A DNA stretch of 64,000 bases from contig CBDCCS010000003.1 of the NCBI GenBank assembly GCA_965214935.1, positions 32,001-96,000 of the forward strand. Direction: 5' to 3'. This DNA comes from Candidatus Velthaea sp. (GTDB taxonomy: Bacteria > Vulcanimicrobiota > Vulcanimicrobiia > Vulcanimicrobiales > Vulcanimicrobiaceae). Below the pieces are notes generated by a model. The model did not search any database. It was not told the DNA's origin and saw only the letters and a list, made by a program, of their open reading frames with translations. This document shows, piece after piece, positions 61,101 through 64,000 of the stretch; position 1 is the first letter of the stretch, and every line of letters begins with the position of its first letter. Both the position numbers and the translations under genes were made by a program.

Positions 61101-61556
61101 GCCGAAGACGATGGCGCGACGCGGCGCGCCGCGCCGGCCATCGGCACCCAACGCCGCGACGCTGACGCCGTTCGGCCCGGGTGCGAGCGGCACGCCGTAA
61201 AAGAAAAAATGTGTTTCGCCCGTCGTGTTGTCGACGGTCCGTTTTCCAATATGCGTCGGCGGCACAACGCTGTCGTTGACGCGCAATTCGACGCCTGCGC
61301 CGGCCGTCGTCTTCACCTCGAAGGCGGCGCTCGACGACGCCGCAACGCCGCGATCGGCCGGAAAAACCAGCTGCGCATCGAGGTTTGTCTGCGCGGTATA
61401 CGTCGGATGTGCGAGATCCGACGTCGCCGCTGCCGCCACGACGTTCGCTGCGATCTCACCGGCTTCGACGCGTTCGGCTGCCGTTGCGGCAAGTAACGTG
61501 GCCAACGCGAGCGCGGAGCGCTCGTGACGCCGGCGGCGTCGCACGTGCCGCTTCAA
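58122..61556 (-). CDS. Large secreted protein of a DUF11 cluster, predicted C-terminal outer-membrane beta-barrel
   Basis: Ig-like N-terminal region, YTNYGDES, NVDYVLDDASG; C-terminal half of alternating amphipathic strands (LAAGYNF); TTGA overlap with the upstream gene. Confidence 0.7.
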   Translation of the reverse strand: MKRHVRRRRRHERSALALATLLAATAAERVEAGEIAANVVAAAATSDLAHPTYTAQTNLDAQLVFPADRGVAASSSAAFEVKTTAGAGVELRVNDSVVPPTHIGKRTVDNTTGETHFFFYGVPLAPGPNGVSVAALGADGRRGAPRRAIVFGPGPATSLSIRISGPMHADGRSENTISVVATDAWGHPALPGMPVRIELLTGDGFVDRGSSSNVTLLPPSAATATATAAIAAAAPQAQLPAPAAGDLAHDADAAAGLPVTAAATASQRFTEVPLEAGGIAKVRFVPGLVAGNVDVRATSARLEAIGRFFLGPNIRKPFVNGLITAGVGAVPGDPAAAADQPDGVNSRRARIAIYATGAIDEKTLATMAYDTANRLERNTTTGAFVDDPNERPYTNYGDESLRRDDALSRDHLFFQLDRGRNALTWGEFNASTSPTTDTSEGYTQLVDGAQLKLAGSDRSFSAFATQNDIAYDRRVFAPTALSSTGQLLFPNIVVGSETVTLVSLDRRTGAIVTQSTLAPNVDYVLDDASGAFRFINIPLPFDDSGNPQQVVLTYEYQSAGSGSRTIGGRTEIGLHNGIRVGAGYVNDSTGAGNMSLLNADIAGTLKNGSWSIVNVVSRGSLGFANGIEGAPAGGDALHARLTTTSGANSVNANFSTTTAGYSNPFGGLSTPGLLDARASFTHRLANGAGDITVSADHQANLGLSAPASESQFEAHVHRTLWKRLSIVFGLVRQINRSGTPQAPAVAGAPALAQSGIPAAAIVPILGTQTSDTTLATLALSDRIGSRLTVDASRTQSLSGGASLSEPNQTQFQAGYRLGDAGRAFVRETFSAAPAQSFAASTVGLTSAAAATRSTEIGIERTLSPTLSADSEYLVERTGAGSDLYAALGVRERITFSPALRGDAYVQHANAAGTNATGFTAYGASLAYGNAATGFHSTASLQQRNGGAGGTTYSFAAAGPLLADLSLFATVLGSRAAGFGSSDARVGVAWRGNASDRNVTLAQFERIGGTSSTTSSRSGVVSVDQFFRPDARTELSARYAYKLDGDASFAANTSLLGLRADRKIGSRLDLGFELRKTFAAAVSGSTTLGAAVETGLRIGDRMRLAAGYNFRRSGDAALSASPSKCGFYFTATSVVDRLFGWGGRP

Positions 61557-63736
61557 CGAACCGGCTCCACGGCAAAATCGACATCTTGCATGAGCCCGGC
61601 ATCCAGCAGGCCGTGAACGAGGCGCACCGCGCTGCGCTCGTTGTCATAAGCGCGGTCGCGTGCGATGCGCATTGTCGGCGGCAGCGTCGTGACGTCAAGC
61701 TGTAGCACGTGCTGACCGGGCCGGGCCGCCGGAAACGAAAAGCGTCCCAGCCGATCGGTGGTAACCGATTCGCCGTCTTCGAGAAACAGCCGGACGCCGG
61801 GGATCGCGCGGTCACCGGGACGGAAACGGCCGCCGTGCACTGCATCGGCGTAGACGTGTCCCGTGATCACGATCCGATCGGAAAGCACGCCGCCGATGAC
61901 GACCGTTGTCGCCGTTGCGCCGGCATTCGCGCGCCGGCCGTCTTTCGATGATGCCGCGACGGAAGCCACATTGATCAGCGATGTTTGCTCCTGTACGCCC
62001 GGAAGCACGACCGCGTCGTAGACGATCGCGTGCTGCGCGCTAAAGCTGCCGAACGTCCACCCGAGGCTGCGCCCGGAACGTTGCGGTTCGACCGGCAGAC
62101 CATCGATGCGGGCCGTGCGCGTCGCGTACGCAACGCCCGGCGGCAGCGCCGCAAGGACGTCCGTTGTTGCTAGTGCGTCGCCCGCGCCTGCGGTGAGGGT
62201 GATGGTGTACGTAAGCCGGTCGCCCGCCGCGGCCACGTTGCGGTCGACGCTGTTGACGATCGCGACGGGCGTCGTTTTAAAGAGCGGCACGTTGGCTTGA
62301 CGGCTGGTAATGTTCTTGAGCGTGACCGGCGCGGAGACCAACGTGAATGAACCGGCGGCGGCCAGCGGCTGACCGTCCGTTGCCGATGCCGTCGTGTTTT
62401 CAAGCGATGCGACAGCCGGCGTGACGACGACGTCGATGCGCCGGTTTAGATAGCCGGCGGCGGAAATGGTCAGCAAATAGTGGGCGGGCGTCGCGGGCGT
62501 ACCAATTTGTTTGCCGCTCAACACGAAGCCGTAAAAGCCCGTTGCGGACGTGAAGCAAGGGTTTGTCGTCGCGGCGGCAAGTGCGTTTGCATCGTTCGCC
62601 GCCGCTGCGTTCGGTACGCGCGAAAACGTCGGCTGTCCGACCGGTACCGGCAAGTTGGTTGACGGATCCAGCAGCGTTACCACCGCACCCGCGACCGGTG
62701 CGCCGGAATCGCCGTCGAAAATCGTGTTTGACGTACCGACAAAGAGCGACGTCGGCGTCGTTGCGACGGGCGCTAGCGAATCGGCGCTGATCTGCGCCGA
62801 ATTGAGAAACGCAAGACCGGGCGCTATCGTCTGACTCACGAGCGCCGAGTACGATAGCGTAACGGTGACGTTCGGCGGCAGCGTACCGACGTCGATCGAC
62901 AGCGTTTGACCGTGCAGCGTCACCGCTGCGCCGGCCGGGCGGCCGTCGATCGTCACGCTGGCAAGAATCGGTGAGAGGCCTTCCGGCAGCGTGTCGATGA
63001 CGATCGTGTTGGTCGCGGCCGCTCCGCCGTAATTTGCAAATGCGAGTTGAAACGCGACGGTCGATCCGGGTGAGATTGAGCTTGCGTTCGCTGCATTGAC
63101 GGTTTGAACGATGTTGCTCGTCGCACCGGACGAGCCGGCGATGACCGGACCGCTTTGAACGACGATCCACTGCTTTGCCGTTGCCGACTGCAGACCGTTG
63201 GCCGATGCGGTGTGCGATTGAACCGTCACGCTTACGGCGAATGCGGTGCCGATCGGAACGTCGGCAGTCGTAACGCTGATCGTAAGCGCGAGCGTGCCGC
63301 CCGCCGCAACCGGCGGCGATAGCGTTGAATTCGCGATGGCGGTTAGCGGGCCGGTCGACGGTACGAAGGCAATGCCGCTAATTTTAGCCGGCCCGGCGTC
63401 GACTTGCGTCACGGTATAGGCGTCGCTGATGTTACCGCCGTTGACGATCGTAAACGTGCGCGTCGCGCTTTGACCTTGCACGACGGCATCCGATGCCGGA
63501 TTGACGGCGGCAGTGTTGGGCGTAAGATCGAGCGCCGCAACATTGGCGACCGTTTCGACGATCGTGTTCGACTGCGCGGTATACAGTAGCCCGAATTGAT
63601 CGGTGTACGAACCGGCAATGGTGTTCGTCAACATGACGCCGCCCGATGTCGCTGCGATTCCGGCGGCCGCCGATGCGGCCGCAAGTAAGAGGACGTGCGC
63701 GATCGTGCGCGCGTGTCCGGCTGCCGAGCGCAACAC
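61553..63736 (-). CDS. DUF11 domain-containing secreted protein
   Basis: PGSTVAFQLAFANYG...DTLPEGL and AGDRLTYTITL...LPPGVAY repeats; C-terminal ITGHVYAD...PGVRLFLEDG...TTDRLGRFSF SdrD-B-like domain. Confidence 0.82.
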   Translation of the reverse strand: MLRSAAGHARTIAHVLLLAAASAAAGIAATSGGVMLTNTIAGSYTDQFGLLYTAQSNTIVETVANVAALDLTPNTAAVNPASDAVVQGQSATRTFTIVNGGNISDAYTVTQVDAGPAKISGIAFVPSTGPLTAIANSTLSPPVAAGGTLALTISVTTADVPIGTAFAVSVTVQSHTASANGLQSATAKQWIVVQSGPVIAGSSGATSNIVQTVNAANASSISPGSTVAFQLAFANYGGAAATNTIVIDTLPEGLSPILASVTIDGRPAGAAVTLHGQTLSIDVGTLPPNVTVTLSYSALVSQTIAPGLAFLNSAQISADSLAPVATTPTSLFVGTSNTIFDGDSGAPVAGAVVTLLDPSTNLPVPVGQPTFSRVPNAAAANDANALAAATTNPCFTSATGFYGFVLSGKQIGTPATPAHYLLTISAAGYLNRRIDVVVTPAVASLENTTASATDGQPLAAAGSFTLVSAPVTLKNITSRQANVPLFKTTPVAIVNSVDRNVAAAGDRLTYTITLTAGAGDALATTDVLAALPPGVAYATRTARIDGLPVEPQRSGRSLGWTFGSFSAQHAIVYDAVVLPGVQEQTSLINVASVAASSKDGRRANAGATATTVVIGGVLSDRIVITGHVYADAVHGGRFRPGDRAIPGVRLFLEDGESVTTDRLGRFSFPAARPGQHVLQLDVTTLPPTMRIARDRAYDNERSAVRLVHGLLDAGLMQDVDFAVEPVR

Positions 63737-63742
63737 GTACGA

Positions 63743-64000
63743 TCACTTCACCTGAACCAGATAGACAACGGTACCGCTTGCGCCGGCTGCCAGCGACGCA
63801 ACCGAATCGGTGAAGCGGGTCGAGGCTACCGCCGTACCACCCGAGTATCCGCCCAGCGTGCCGCCCGCATCGACGGGCGCAGCATAGAGTCCGTTACTGT
63901 ACGTCGCCCAGTTATTGACGTACGCCGTACCGCCGCTGCCGCCGCTGGCCGTGCCGTTCTCGGTAAAGACCAGCGTGTTGCTGTTTAGCATGACATTACC
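63743..64000 (-). CDS. C-terminus of an upstream DUF11-like secreted protein (5' part outside window)
   Basis: Ends SLAAGASGTVVYLVQVK, a terminal beta-strand like that of the other cluster members. Confidence 0.65.
   Translation of the reverse strand, partial: GNVMLNSNTLVFTENGTASGGSGGTAYVNNWATYSNGLYAAPVDAGGTLGGYSGGTAVASTRFTDSVASLAAGASGTVVYLVQVK

Noticed and set aside
1..64000. Numerous long antisense or alternate-frame ORFs in the track (e.g. 6818-7669 minus, 19564-20424 minus, 23340-24332 minus)
   Set aside because: They are shadows of well-supported genes, expected in high-GC DNA, and carry no family motifs.

Overview
GC-rich bacterial chromosomal window of about 55 genes. I found no rRNA, tRNA, CRISPR array or intact mobile element. 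The gene mix (flagellar stator, CheY/CheC, AdnAB-like helicases, Uma2, ChaB, DUF11 surface cluster) would fit a soil lineage such as Vulcanimicrobiota/Eremiobacterota, but that is inference only. Contents in order: Spy/CpxP plus RND efflux genes; a monosaccharide ABC transporter; motA-motB-cheY-cheC; a three-gene minus-strand operon at 9590-12135; secreted proteins; nucleoside hydrolase, pgi and an NCS2 permease; a ketose 3-epimerase; a tandem UvrD helicase/nuclease pair; many SDRs and stress genes; three visible pseudogenes; a second sugar ABC/dehydrogenase cluster; and a DUF11-type surface-protein operon cut by the window end. The most notable candidate system is the 9590-12135 operon. It encodes a ferritin-like protein with the complete diiron ligand pattern of cyanobacterial aldehyde-deformylating oxygenase (ADO), a degenerate ADO-like paralogue missing half of the ligands, and a male-sterility-type acyl-thioester reductase where cyanobacteria have AAR. 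This could be a non-cyanobacterial alkane or fatty-aldehyde pathway. All family calls come from reading motifs by eye; no database search was run.
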